The translations under genes and the position numbers were made by a program. A DNA stretch of 64,000 nucleotides, from the IMG/VR virus record IMGVR_UViG_3300045001_000016, positions 36,850 to 100,849 of that record. One strand, 5' to 3'. Source of the stretch: a virus. Taxonomy: Duplodnaviria > Caudoviricetes. Below the pieces are notes generated by a model. That model worked only from the letters and a program-made list of their open reading frames with translations, did no database searches and was not told the DNA's origin. This document shows positions 10,030 to 18,272 of this stretch, in pieces; position 1 is the first letter of the stretch; every line of letters starts with the position of its first letter.

Positions 10030-11604
10030 CTAGCTGTCCTGCGTGCAGGCGATGGAGACGCGCAGCGCCAGGGCCGGGGCCAGGCCAAAGGCCACGCCAG
10101 CCAGGTTGACCTGCACCGTGATGTCGTAGGTCTGGTCCAGCGTCTGCTGGCCGGTGCCCACCGAGAGCTTGACCGTGGTGCCGGTGCCCTCCAGCGCCGC
10201 CACAAAGGCGTTGGTGTACGGCGTCCCTGCGGCGGGGGCGGCGGTGCTGTAGCGGCTGGCCACGGAGGTGAGGCCAACCGAGGCAATGGTCGCCCCAGCC
10301 AGCGGCCCAACAAGGGCCGGGGAGAGATCGACGTAGAAGGGCTTGTTGCTATCGCCGGGGGCGATGGTGGCGGTGGCCCCGGCGGTGGTGGGAAGGGCGA
10401 TCATCTGGGAGGTGCTCCGTCCAATCGTGGCGGCGAGCGAGAGACCCTGGCCAAAGAGCGCGCTCACGCCGAGCGAGAGCGCCTGGCCCCACGTGGCCAG
10501 GACCGCAAGGTTGGGGAGAAGGGACTCCCCGCTCGTCTTGCTCCAGGAGAGGGCACCCAGCCCGCTCTGCGCCGCGCCCAACGCCTTCGTGATCGTCTTG
10601 GGCACCGCGCCGAGTGTGCCCTGCGCCACCCCCAGACCCTTGCCGATGGCCTTGGTCAGCACGGGCGCGCTGCCCTGCGTGACGGTGAGCGCTTTGCCGA
10701 CGCCGCGCGCCAGGGCCGCCGTCGTGCCCTGGGTGGCCAGCAGGCTGACGATATGGCTCCTAAGGGTCGCGAGTGCGCCGACCGTGGCTTGGGTCGCGAC
10801 AAGAGCCTTCGCCACGCCCTTCGCCACGACGCCCAGGCTCGCCTGGGTGGCCCCGAGGGCCTTGCCAATGGCTCTCGTGATCTGGGCGGCGCTGGCCTGC
10901 TGCGCGGCCACGCTCTTGGCGATGGCGCGTCCCAGGGTGGCCGCCTGGGCTTGCGTGGCCAGCAGGCTCACGATGCGCGACTTCAGGGTCGCGAGGGTGG
11001 GCGTCGTGCCCTGGGTCAGCACGAGGACTTTCGTGATGGCCCGCCCGAGGGCGGCCGCCGTGCCCTGGCCGGCGGCGAGCGCCTTGCCGATGGTCCGGGC
11101 GATGGCAGGGCTTGTGCCCTGCGTGGCGACCAGGGCGACCAGGCGTGACTTCAGCGTCGAGATCGCCGCCGTGCTACCCTGGGTGGCCGCCAGAACTTTG
11201 CCGATGACCTTTTGCAGGCTGGGCGTGCTGGCCTGGCTCACGGTGAGCACTTTTGTCACGGCACGCACAATGGTCGCGGTCGTGGCCTGCGTGGCGACCA
11301 GACTGACGATGCGCGCGCGCAAGGCACCCAGCGTCGGCGTCGTGCCCTGCGTCGCCGCCAGGAGATTGGTCACGGTCTTGAGCAGGCTGCCGAGCGTGCC
11401 CTGCGTGGCCGCGAGCGCCTTGCCCACGGCGCGCATGAGGGTGGCCGCGGTCCCCTGGGTGACGCTGACCACCTTGCCCACGCCCCGCGTCATCTGGGCG
11501 CTCTGCCCTTGTGTCGCGGATAGGGACTGCGGCGTGGTCTGGAAAAGCAGGGGATGCGCGGCCTGCTGCGGCTGCGGCGGCGGGCGAAAGACGTAGCTCG
11601 ACAC
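10030..11604 (-). CDS. Tandem-repeat fibre-like protein (18/20-aa TQG repeats)
   Basis: About 18 repeats of the form TQGTxxxLxRAxGKALAA followed by a C-terminal beta-rich domain. Confidence 0.75.
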   Translation of the reverse strand: MSSYVFRPPPQPQQAAHPLLFQTTPQSLSATQGQSAQMTRGVGKVVSVTQGTAATLMRAVGKALAATQGTLGSLLKTVTNLLAATQGTTPTLGALRARIVSLVATQATTATIVRAVTKVLTVSQASTPSLQKVIGKVLAATQGSTAAISTLKSRLVALVATQGTSPAIARTIGKALAAGQGTAAALGRAITKVLVLTQGTTPTLATLKSRIVSLLATQAQAATLGRAIAKSVAAQQASAAQITRAIGKALGATQASLGVVAKGVAKALVATQATVGALATLRSHIVSLLATQGTTAALARGVGKALTVTQGSAPVLTKAIGKGLGVAQGTLGAVPKTITKALGAAQSGLGALSWSKTSGESLLPNLAVLATWGQALSLGVSALFGQGLSLAATIGRSTSQMIALPTTAGATATIAPGDSNKPFYVDLSPALVGPLAGATIASVGLTSVASRYSTAAPAAGTPYTNAFVAALEGTGTTVKLSVGTGQQTLDQTYDITVQVNLAGVAFGLAPALALRVSIACTQDS

Positions 11605-11647
11605 AGCGCGCCTCCAGGGGATGGCTGTCTGCTAGGCGTACCGCAAA

Positions 11648-12037
11648 CTATGTGTACTGCAAACTAATGTTGATTGTGATGCTGTCCCCGTTGGCCAAGG
11701 CGACTCCCGCGAAGTCACCTTTCACGAGGCCATTCCCGTTTGTGGACGCATCGAAGTTTCCCGCATTCGTCACGGTTTGCGCGGCACCAGCGGTGAAGCT
11801 TCCGCTCCATTTGATCGTGTCTGAGGCAACTGAAGTGGTGGCCCGTGTCGGCGTCGCATTCACGCGGGCGTAGCCCGTCCACGTGCCGGTGGTGTACTCG
11901 GTAAAGAGGGTGGTATCGGTGACGGCGGATGTACCGGCACCCGAGCCGATGGCGATATAGTTGGGGGCGGTGCCGCCCAGACCGGAGACGAGGTTGGTCT
12001 GAATTGCCCGACCGGCGTTGGTGACCACTGTAGCCAC
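11648..12037 (-). CDS. Putative virion structural protein (fibre or collar anchor-like)
   Basis: 'VVTNAG...YIAIGSG.G....DTTLFTE...VTNAGNFDASTNGN...GDSI' pattern recalled from phage structural proteins. Confidence 0.6.
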   Translation of the reverse strand: MATVVTNAGRAIQTNLVSGLGGTAPNYIAIGSGAGTSAVTDTTLFTEYTTGTWTGYARVNATPTRATTSVASDTIKWSGSFTAGAAQTVTNAGNFDASTNGNGLVKGDFAGVALANGDSITINISLQYT

Positions 12038-12043
12038 TGTTGT

Positions 12044-12274
12044 CTACTCCTGCGGGGTACTGGAGTCGCCACTCTGACCCGCCATGGGGCCAAAGAGCTG
12101 CTCTTCGGTGATGTGTTGGCCCAGGCGCTGGCGCACCGCGAAGAGGGCGCGCTTGAGCGGATTGGTGCTGTGATAAGCCACCACGCCGAGGTCTTCGACG
12201 GTCCCATCGGCGCGCGTAATCTGGATGCTGATGGCCGCGTTCTTGACGGGCTGCGTGGTCTGGATACCGGACAT
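12044..12274 (-). CDS. Small hypothetical protein
   Basis: ORF track; AGGAG SD; 'ITRADGTVEDLGVVAY' motif. Confidence 0.6.
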   Translation of the reverse strand: MSGIQTTQPVKNAAISIQITRADGTVEDLGVVAYHSTNPLKRALFAVRQRLGQHITEEQLFGPMAGQSGDSSTPQE

Positions 12275-12385
12275 GCGCTATATCTCCTGGCCGAGTGCCG
12301 TGTTATACTGAGGCACGCAAAAGCCCACGCGTTGCTTGCGACAACCGTGGGCATGGCCAACACTCATGAAGGGAGTGCTGACGTT

Positions 12386-13087
12386 ATGAGGCTACACGAT
12401 TCCTCGCAGACCGGCCCAGGCACGTCCAGGACGCCGCACCACGGGTGGGTCCACCAGGTCTGTCTTCACTGCACGGGCGACTTCTGGGTATGGCCGTCAA
12501 AGGCGAAGAAGGGTCCCAAGTACTGCTGCACGGCGTGTCGCACGGCCCATCTACGTGGACCGAACCATCACCAGTGGAAGGGTGAGCGGACCGATACAGA
12601 TGGCCGCGTCTTCATCAGCATCTCTGGTCGCGGAACTGTTGCCCGTGCCCGCCTCGTGATGGAGGACCATCTGGGACGCCAACTGCGCTCCGATGAACAG
12701 GTACACCACATAAATCTGGATCCCTCAGACGACCGTCTGGAGAACCTCATGGTCCTGAGCCATGAGGAGCACCGGCACATCCACGCGATCGGTCGATGGT
12801 CCTATGTCCATCAGCGGTGCGTGTCCTGCGGGACAACCGAACGCCCTCACGTGGGACACGGATATTGCCGTCTGTGCTACGACACCGTCTATTGGCCCAT
12901 GCGTGAGGGTCGATGGGCACGGGACTACGACGCCTGCGTCTCCTGCGGCGGTACAGACCGACCGCATGGAGCGTGGGGCCTGTGCGTCCGCTGCTACAAC
13001 AACCTGAGGTATCAGACATCCCATCCGACCAAGCATCGCCGGTGGGCGCCCATCAACCAGGATCACGCACCACGACAGACCGACTAA
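12386..13087 (+). CDS. HNH homing endonuclease with Zn-finger modules
   Basis: 'MEDHLGRQLRSDEQVHHINLDPSDDRLENL..L...EH...H' HNH motif plus several CxxC; upstream TGTTATACT extended -10. Confidence 0.88.
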   Translation: MRLHDSSQTGPGTSRTPHHGWVHQVCLHCTGDFWVWPSKAKKGPKYCCTACRTAHLRGPNHHQWKGERTDTDGRVFISISGRGTVARARLVMEDHLGRQLRSDEQVHHINLDPSDDRLENLMVLSHEEHRHIHAIGRWSYVHQRCVSCGTTERPHVGHGYCRLCYDTVYWPMREGRWARDYDACVSCGGTDRPHGAWGLCVRCYNNLRYQTSHPTKHRRWAPINQDHAPRQTD

Positions 13088-13090
13088 CGA

Positions 13091-13555
13091 TCACCCGAGT
13101 TCCTGGTAGACGATATTGCAATCCCACGTCGATGACGGGACAGTGCCAAGTAACTTGACACAAAACCAACTGGACGCAGGGATGACGATGCGCTCTTCGG
13201 GAACCGGCAGGTACAGATAGGACGACAAAGAATTGAAGCCGTCCTCAATCAGGTTGGTCGGACTCGTGCCGTCGCTGGCTGAGGTGCCCCAAGCCGTGAC
13301 GGTCGATGACGCTGCGGCATCGCTCGGGTTAAGCTTGGCTGGCGTCACCGTGGTTGGGCTGGTCCAGGTCATGGTAGCGCCGCCCTTGTAGAGCAGCACG
13401 CCCAGGCCCGATGAGGTCGTGTAGCCTTCCTGCGAGACCGAAACACGGATGATCTGGATGGGCTTGGTGGAGGGTGTGGCGATCTGCACGATCGTCTGCG
13501 CCGTGGCAAACGACGCCTTCGACGTGGTCACCACGTAGGTGTTGGCCGATGCCAT
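13091..13555 (-). CDS. Putative virion accessory protein (154 aa, Ser/Thr-rich)
   Basis: ORF track; AAGGAG SD; located in the structural block. Confidence 0.65.
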   Translation of the reverse strand: MASANTYVVTTSKASFATAQTIVQIATPSTKPIQIIRVSVSQEGYTTSSGLGVLLYKGGATMTWTSPTTVTPAKLNPSDAAASSTVTAWGTSASDGTSPTNLIEDGFNSLSSYLYLPVPEERIVIPASSWFCVKLLGTVPSSTWDCNIVYQELG

Positions 13556-13570
13556 GGGGCAGGAGACTCC

Positions 13571-13675
13571 TTAGATGGAGGGGATGTTCAGCGTGAGCTG
13601 GATCACGGGCAGCGTCGTCGAGCTGGAGAGGCTCGTCGCCACGAGACGGGCGACGAACGTGCCGGGTGCGGCCAT
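13571..13675 (-). CDS. 34-aa small protein (MAAPGTFVARLVATSLSSSTTLPVIQLTLNIPSI)
   Basis: Own translation; its stop codon abuts the SD of the next gene and its ATG directly abuts the mini-element end. Confidence 0.5.
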   Translation of the reverse strand: MAAPGTFVARLVATSLSSSTTLPVIQLTLNIPSI

Positions 13676-14075
13676 AGAATTACCTCCAGGGGACTGTCGC
13701 CTTTAGGTGACAGCGGAATGGAGCGTGCTGCCACGTCGGCGACGAGCAGCGCACTTCTGTTGCAATCTGCCAACAACCCCGACACTGTGCGATACTGAAA
13801 CCGGAGTACCGGCGCGGAGATGGCGGCAACGGCGCTCGGGCGTGCCCGAGATGCCTCTGGCTTGGGGTGTGCCCCACGCGGACGGGAAACATGCTCGTGG
13901 GGGCAAGGCGAGGGGTAACCCTCCCGGTGCGTAGTGGCTTGCGCCGTCCGCCGCGAGCGGGCCGTTGTGGTCTAGCCAGCCCGTCAGCCGGCCTGATGTC
14001 TGGCATGACCGGCGCCTCCTTGCGTGGCGCCGGATCGCACGGACAAGCTGGTGGCTTTAGCCATCGGTTGCTGAC
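13676..14075 (+). mobile_element. Non-autonomous IS200/IS605 mini-element A1 containing a TnpB-type omegaRNA-like structured RNA
   Basis: Subterminal TTTA-loop hairpins at both ends; right end ...TTGCTGAC; CCAT at the left junction; related copy at 54405-54824. Confidence 0.8.
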
Positions 14076-14085
14076 AGGGTCAGGT

Positions 14086-14116
14086 TCCTAGGCTCCTAGG
14101 CTCCTAGGCTCCTAGG
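14086..14116. repeat. 8-bp tandem repeat TCCTAGGC x4
   Basis: Read directly; on the minus strand each unit contains TAG and AGGA(G). Confidence 0.9.
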
Positions 14117-14880
14117 ATGAGGGCGGGCTGCACCAGGTCGCCTGGTGCCCGCATTCTGTAGCAGGCATTCTGATTGAGGGCCAGCAACGGGATGTCGTAG
14201 GCCAGGGGGAAGGGATCGCTGGCGCCGGCCGGGGCCGCCTTGATCTCGGCGGCCACGATATGTCCAAAGTCGCTGGCCACCGTAAAGCCCATGGTCACGC
14301 TGCCGCCGGGCGTGGCGTAGTAGGAGCCGCCGATGTTGTCGCCCGAGGTATTGCTGCTGACGTTGAGCTTGTACGACTGGGTACTCGGGCTGTCGGCGCT
14401 GGTAATGCTGGTGCCCGTGGCACAGACGGCCAGGACGATACTGCCCGCCGTGGTGCCGGCCAGGGTCACCTGCTCGTCGGTAATGTTGGAGCTGTTGTCC
14501 TCGTGCTTGCCGTGCACGCCGATGGGCGTGCTCTGGTTCGCGCCTTTGAGCGCGATGGCCCCGCCCAGGATATCGGGCGCCCCGGCACTGGAGGCGATGG
14601 TCACCGTGACGGTGTTGCTGCCGGTCGGCGGGCTGAGCAGGTAATAGAGGCCCAGCTGCGTGTGGAAGTTCTGGTCCGTCGTATAGCCGTCGATGAAGGT
14701 GAGCGCCTGCCCGCCGTAGGTCACGCTGCTGATGCTGCTTGAGGCCTGGGTGGCGTTGGTGCTGATCGCGCCGACGATGAGGATGTCGCCGGCCGTGTTG
14801 GTAAAGGACCAGGAGAGCGTGCCCGCGTTGGCGTGGTGCGCCGCCCCGCTCGCTTCCTGGCTATCAACAACAAGCGCCAT
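14104..14880 (-). CDS. Putative virion accessory beta-sandwich protein
   Basis: 258 aa, 'SSVTYGGQALT', 'YYLLSPPTGSNTVTVT'; two similar halves. Confidence 0.65.
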   Translation of the reverse strand: MALVVDSQEASGAAHHANAGTLSWSFTNTAGDILIVGAISTNATQASSSISSVTYGGQALTFIDGYTTDQNFHTQLGLYYLLSPPTGSNTVTVTIASSAGAPDILGGAIALKGANQSTPIGVHGKHEDNSSNITDEQVTLAGTTAGSIVLAVCATGTSITSADSPSTQSYKLNVSSNTSGDNIGGSYYATPGGSVTMGFTVASDFGHIVAAEIKAAPAGASDPFPLAYDIPLLALNQNACYRMRAPGDLVQPALILGA

Positions 14881-14883
14881 GGG

Positions 14884-15240
14884 CTAGCTCTCCTGACCAG
14901 GCGTTAGGCGTCGGGCTACGGCTTGTGGCAAAGCCGCAAGCTCGTCAGGCGTCCGTAAGGCGTCACGTGCGGCCGTCATAGAGGCCAGCCGCTGGCGCAG
15001 GTCATCCCGTTCGTGTTCCACCTGCTTGATGTGCTCGTGCAACGCTGTTCTCTCTGAATCCATATGCCGGACCTGCGCCTCGAGCTCGGCCACGCGTTTG
15101 CGCAGGCTACTGAGTTCCTGGTCCTTGACGGCGATCTGGGCCTGTAAGGCCGGGATCTGCGCCTCCAGGTTGGCCAGCCGGGTGGCCGTGTCCTGGTGCG
15201 CGGTCCCCGACGTTTCCTGGATGGCGACAGAGAGGGGCAT
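14884..15240 (-). CDS. Coiled-coil protein
   Basis: Heptad pattern over ~80 aa. Confidence 0.65.
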   Translation of the reverse strand: MPLSVAIQETSGTAHQDTATRLANLEAQIPALQAQIAVKDQELSSLRKRVAELEAQVRHMDSERTALHEHIKQVEHERDDLRQRLASMTAARDALRTPDELAALPQAVARRLTPGQES

Positions 15241-15244
15241 CGGG

Positions 15245-15946
15245 CTACGTCACGTCGCAAAAGACGAGGATGCCCGCTGCCGTGCCCCCGTTGACCGTCT
15301 TGCCCGCCGCGCCATAGATGGCGCACCAGGCCCAGGGCTCCCCCGATGTAAAGCTCGCGCCATTGCCAACGGCCTGGTCGCCCTGCGTCGCCGCCACCTG
15401 GCTGCCCAGGTCGGGCGAGCCAAACACGTAGATGGTGCCGCCCGATTGGTTCTGCACCTGCACCACGCCGCAGGCGCGGTTGGTCGGGTACGCCGAGGTA
15501 TTGCTGGCCGGGGGCTGGCCCGCGCCCACCGTGCCGGTATCGGCATAGCTCACGGTGCTCCCTGAGCCAATGGTGGTCAGCAGCGAGGAGGCCCCATACG
15601 ACCCAGAGGTCGTGCTGCGGTAGATCTTGTAGCCGCTGGCGTCCTTGACCTGGGTCCAGCCTAGCGTCACCTGGTTGGTGCTGGTGCCACTGGGCGGCGT
15701 GTAGCTCTGCTCGGCACCCTGCAGGGACTCGCCCTGGCTATTGGTGGCTGTCACCACGTAGTAGTAGGTGGTGCCGCCCACCAGCTGCCCGCCCGCCGTA
15801 CTGGGTGCGGAGAAGGTGTAGGAGAGCGGGGCGGCCAGTTGGGCCTGCGCCAGGTAGAAGGGGAAGATATCGTTGGTCGAGCCGCCCCCGGTCAGCGTGG
15901 TGCTGCCACCGCGCGGGGCGTTGCTGGGGTAGATGCGTGCAGGCAT
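15245..15946 (-). CDS. Fibronectin-III/Ig-like domain virion protein
   Basis: 'TYYYVVTATNSQGES', 'VTLGWTQV..ASGYKIYRSTTSG' FN3-like motifs. Confidence 0.7.
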   Translation of the reverse strand: MPARIYPSNAPRGGSTTLTGGGSTNDIFPFYLAQAQLAAPLSYTFSAPSTAGGQLVGGTTYYYVVTATNSQGESLQGAEQSYTPPSGTSTNQVTLGWTQVKDASGYKIYRSTTSGSYGASSLLTTIGSGSTVSYADTGTVGAGQPPASNTSAYPTNRACGVVQVQNQSGGTIYVFGSPDLGSQVAATQGDQAVGNGASFTSGEPWAWCAIYGAAGKTVNGGTAAGILVFCDVT

Positions 15947-15974
15947 GGGGTCGAACGTGCTCCTGCCCTAGGGG

Positions 15975-17747
15975 CTAGATCTTGTTGACGATGAACCAGT
16001 TCGCGCCATCGCTCTGGACGGTGACCGCCGAGAACGCACTGGCGAGCGTGTAGGTGCTGGCCCCATCGATGGTCCCGCCGGCCGAGGCCACCGTTGTGCT
16101 GGTGACCCCGGAGCCGTTCTTGATGGTGATGGTCTGGCTACCCAGGCCGGCGCTGGCCGCTGAGGGCAGCGTCATGGTCAGGCTCGAGTTGGTGGAGACC
16201 AGCACCATGCCGCCGAAGTCCATGCTCGAGAGCGTCGTGCTGGCCGTTAGCGTACGCTGGCCCATCTGCACGCCGCGATTGTTGCGGCTGATCGAGTGCG
16301 CGCCGAGCAGGGTCACACTGCCCTGCGAGCCATTGGGCAGGACATTACCCTCAAACGTCGTGTAGTCGGTGCTATTGTGCTCCTGCACGGAGCGCGAGAG
16401 GACGTTGCCACTGACGCGCGTGGAGGCGGTGTTGCCATCCAGGAAGATCGCCGAACCCGCGCCCCCGCCAAAGACGTTGGAGTCGATGGTGCCGTACTGC
16501 GCGAAGTTGGTGGTGCGCAGGGCGGCGTTGGGCGCCCCGGCGAAGCAGCAGCCGCGCACCGTATAATAGGTGGCCTGGCTGAGCTGGATATTGTTGCTGG
16601 CCTGCGTGCCCCCGCCCGCCGTATGGAAGTGGCACTCACTAATCGAGAGCTGGCTGATGGCGTTGCTCGTGCCATCGACGTAGATGTCCATGCCCGGCGT
16701 ATTGGCCGTGGGGTTGACGAGCGCGTCCTGCGTATTGGTGCCCGCCGTGACGTTGTTGCCGTAGAACGAGGACCCGCTGATGCGCACGTCATTGATGGCA
16801 CCGGCGGAGGCTTGCAGGTAGATGCCGTGCTGCCCGTTGGTCTCGTACTCTCCACCCACGATTTGCGTCGCGCCGCCCCTGGTCTGGAAGAAGCCGTGAT
16901 TGGTGAAGAAGTAGGGGTGGCACAGGCTGAACTTGTTCTCGTAGCCCTGGTTGTAGAACCCGAGGCGCCCGCCCAGCGCGCCCGGCGTCGCACCGGTGCC
17001 CCCGGCGGCGCGGCACAGGTGCCACTCCGAGCTAGAGACGCCGTTGTCGATGACGTAGGCGTCACGCCCACACTGGATCACGTAGCAGTTCTCGGTGTAG
17101 TTGTCGAAGAGCGTGCCGCTTTGGACGGAGTAGTGGATACCGTCGCGGGGCATCTGCTGCACGCGTAGGTCGCGCAGCGTGCAGTCGCCCCCAAAGAGGA
17201 GTATGCCATCGCCTGCGGCGTTGGTGTTGTGCACGCCGTTCAGGCCAAGGTTCGCGATGCGGCATCCGGTCACGTTCTGCGTCACGCCCCACTGCAGCAT
17301 GCAGGCGAGGCTGGCCCCGCTGGCGACGGTGAGGTAGGCGCCGCGGCGCAGGCCCATGCCGACGAGCGAGACGTAGCTGGCATCGTTCTGCAGGGGGGCC
17401 GTCAGGGTGTAGGTTCCATCACTGAGCTGGACCGTGCCGCCCGTGGCCGCACACGCGGCCAGCGCCGCGTTGATCACGGTGGCAGCATCCGTCCCAGAGA
17501 ACTCAAATGCCCCCGTCTGCGCGTTGCGCGCCAGGATGGTGCCAGAGGCGTCCTGCGCGACCACGTAGCTGGCCGGCAGACCGGTCACGGTCTCGGTCAA
17601 GAGGCCGCTAGGCGCATAGGTCGCCCAGCCCGCACTCACGTGGGCGGCGGCCTCCTCCGGGCGGATCACGCTGTAGGGCGTGCCCTTGGCGCGCACAATG
17701 TCACCGGGCCAGCGCTGCACGCCGGTATCGTAAAGCAGAGTGGACAT
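15975..17747 (-). CDS. Right-handed beta-helix (pectate-lyase-like) fibre or depolymerase
   Basis: 'INAALAACAATGGTVQLSDGTY' cap followed by repeated beta-helix rungs; C-terminal 'TLPSA...TIKN...IDGA...SDGANW' fibre domain. Confidence 0.8.
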   Translation of the reverse strand: MSTLLYDTGVQRWPGDIVRAKGTPYSVIRPEEAAAHVSAGWATYAPSGLLTETVTGLPASYVVAQDASGTILARNAQTGAFEFSGTDAATVINAALAACAATGGTVQLSDGTYTLTAPLQNDASYVSLVGMGLRRGAYLTVASGASLACMLQWGVTQNVTGCRIANLGLNGVHNTNAAGDGILLFGGDCTLRDLRVQQMPRDGIHYSVQSGTLFDNYTENCYVIQCGRDAYVIDNGVSSSEWHLCRAAGGTGATPGALGGRLGFYNQGYENKFSLCHPYFFTNHGFFQTRGGATQIVGGEYETNGQHGIYLQASAGAINDVRISGSSFYGNNVTAGTNTQDALVNPTANTPGMDIYVDGTSNAISQLSISECHFHTAGGGTQASNNIQLSQATYYTVRGCCFAGAPNAALRTTNFAQYGTIDSNVFGGGAGSAIFLDGNTASTRVSGNVLSRSVQEHNSTDYTTFEGNVLPNGSQGSVTLLGAHSISRNNRGVQMGQRTLTASTTLSSMDFGGMVLVSTNSSLTMTLPSAASAGLGSQTITIKNGSGVTSTTVASAGGTIDGASTYTLASAFSAVTVQSDGANWFIVNKI

Positions 17748-17772
17748 GGGGGGATGGGTCTCCTACGGACGA

Positions 17773-17916
17773 TTACAGAAGGGCGCCTGCGGCCAGCGCG
17801 GCGGCGCGCACGACGGGTCGCGCCAGGGACGTGATCTCCAGGACCTCCTCCACCAGGGAGACGACCTCGACTATCAGGTGCAGCACGGTGAGGGCGCGTC
17901 GTAGGAAGCGGCGCAT
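17773..17916 (-). CDS. 47-aa hydrophobic peptide
   Basis: Own translation MRRFLRRALTVLHLIVEVVSLVEEVLEITSLARPVVRAAALAAGALL; TGGAG SD. Confidence 0.45.
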   Translation of the reverse strand: MRRFLRRALTVLHLIVEVVSLVEEVLEITSLARPVVRAAALAAGALL

Positions 17917-18272
17917 AGCAGTCTCCAGATGAGTGACCGTAATTCGATTCTGAATTACGGTCAGTAGGCGAAAGTGGAGAAGGAGAAGGACAAGAAGCCA
18001 GGGTCAGCCGACTACCCAAGGGCCGGCAATGCGCCCCCCACTGATGGGGCCAGTGTCCCCTGGTCGGGAACGCTACAGGAGCGCGATCTTGGGTGCACCC
18101 TTTGCGAGGAAACAGCAGGCGTACCTAATTCCGTCGCACGCGGAGCGGCGATGGGTGACCGCTGGACGCGGCTGCCTGAAGAGGAGTAGACTGTAGGCGG
18201 GGTAAAGAACGAGCCACCACGCGTCGGAAGCGCATGATGGCTCTAGCCACAGGACACGTAGGAGGTGTCACC

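Noticed and set aside
17925-17980. Hammerhead ribozyme (…GATGAG-stem-…CGAAA)
   Set aside because: The core reads CAGATGA rather than CTGATGA, extra bases separate the stem from GAAA, and no stem I/III with a cleavage triplet was found.
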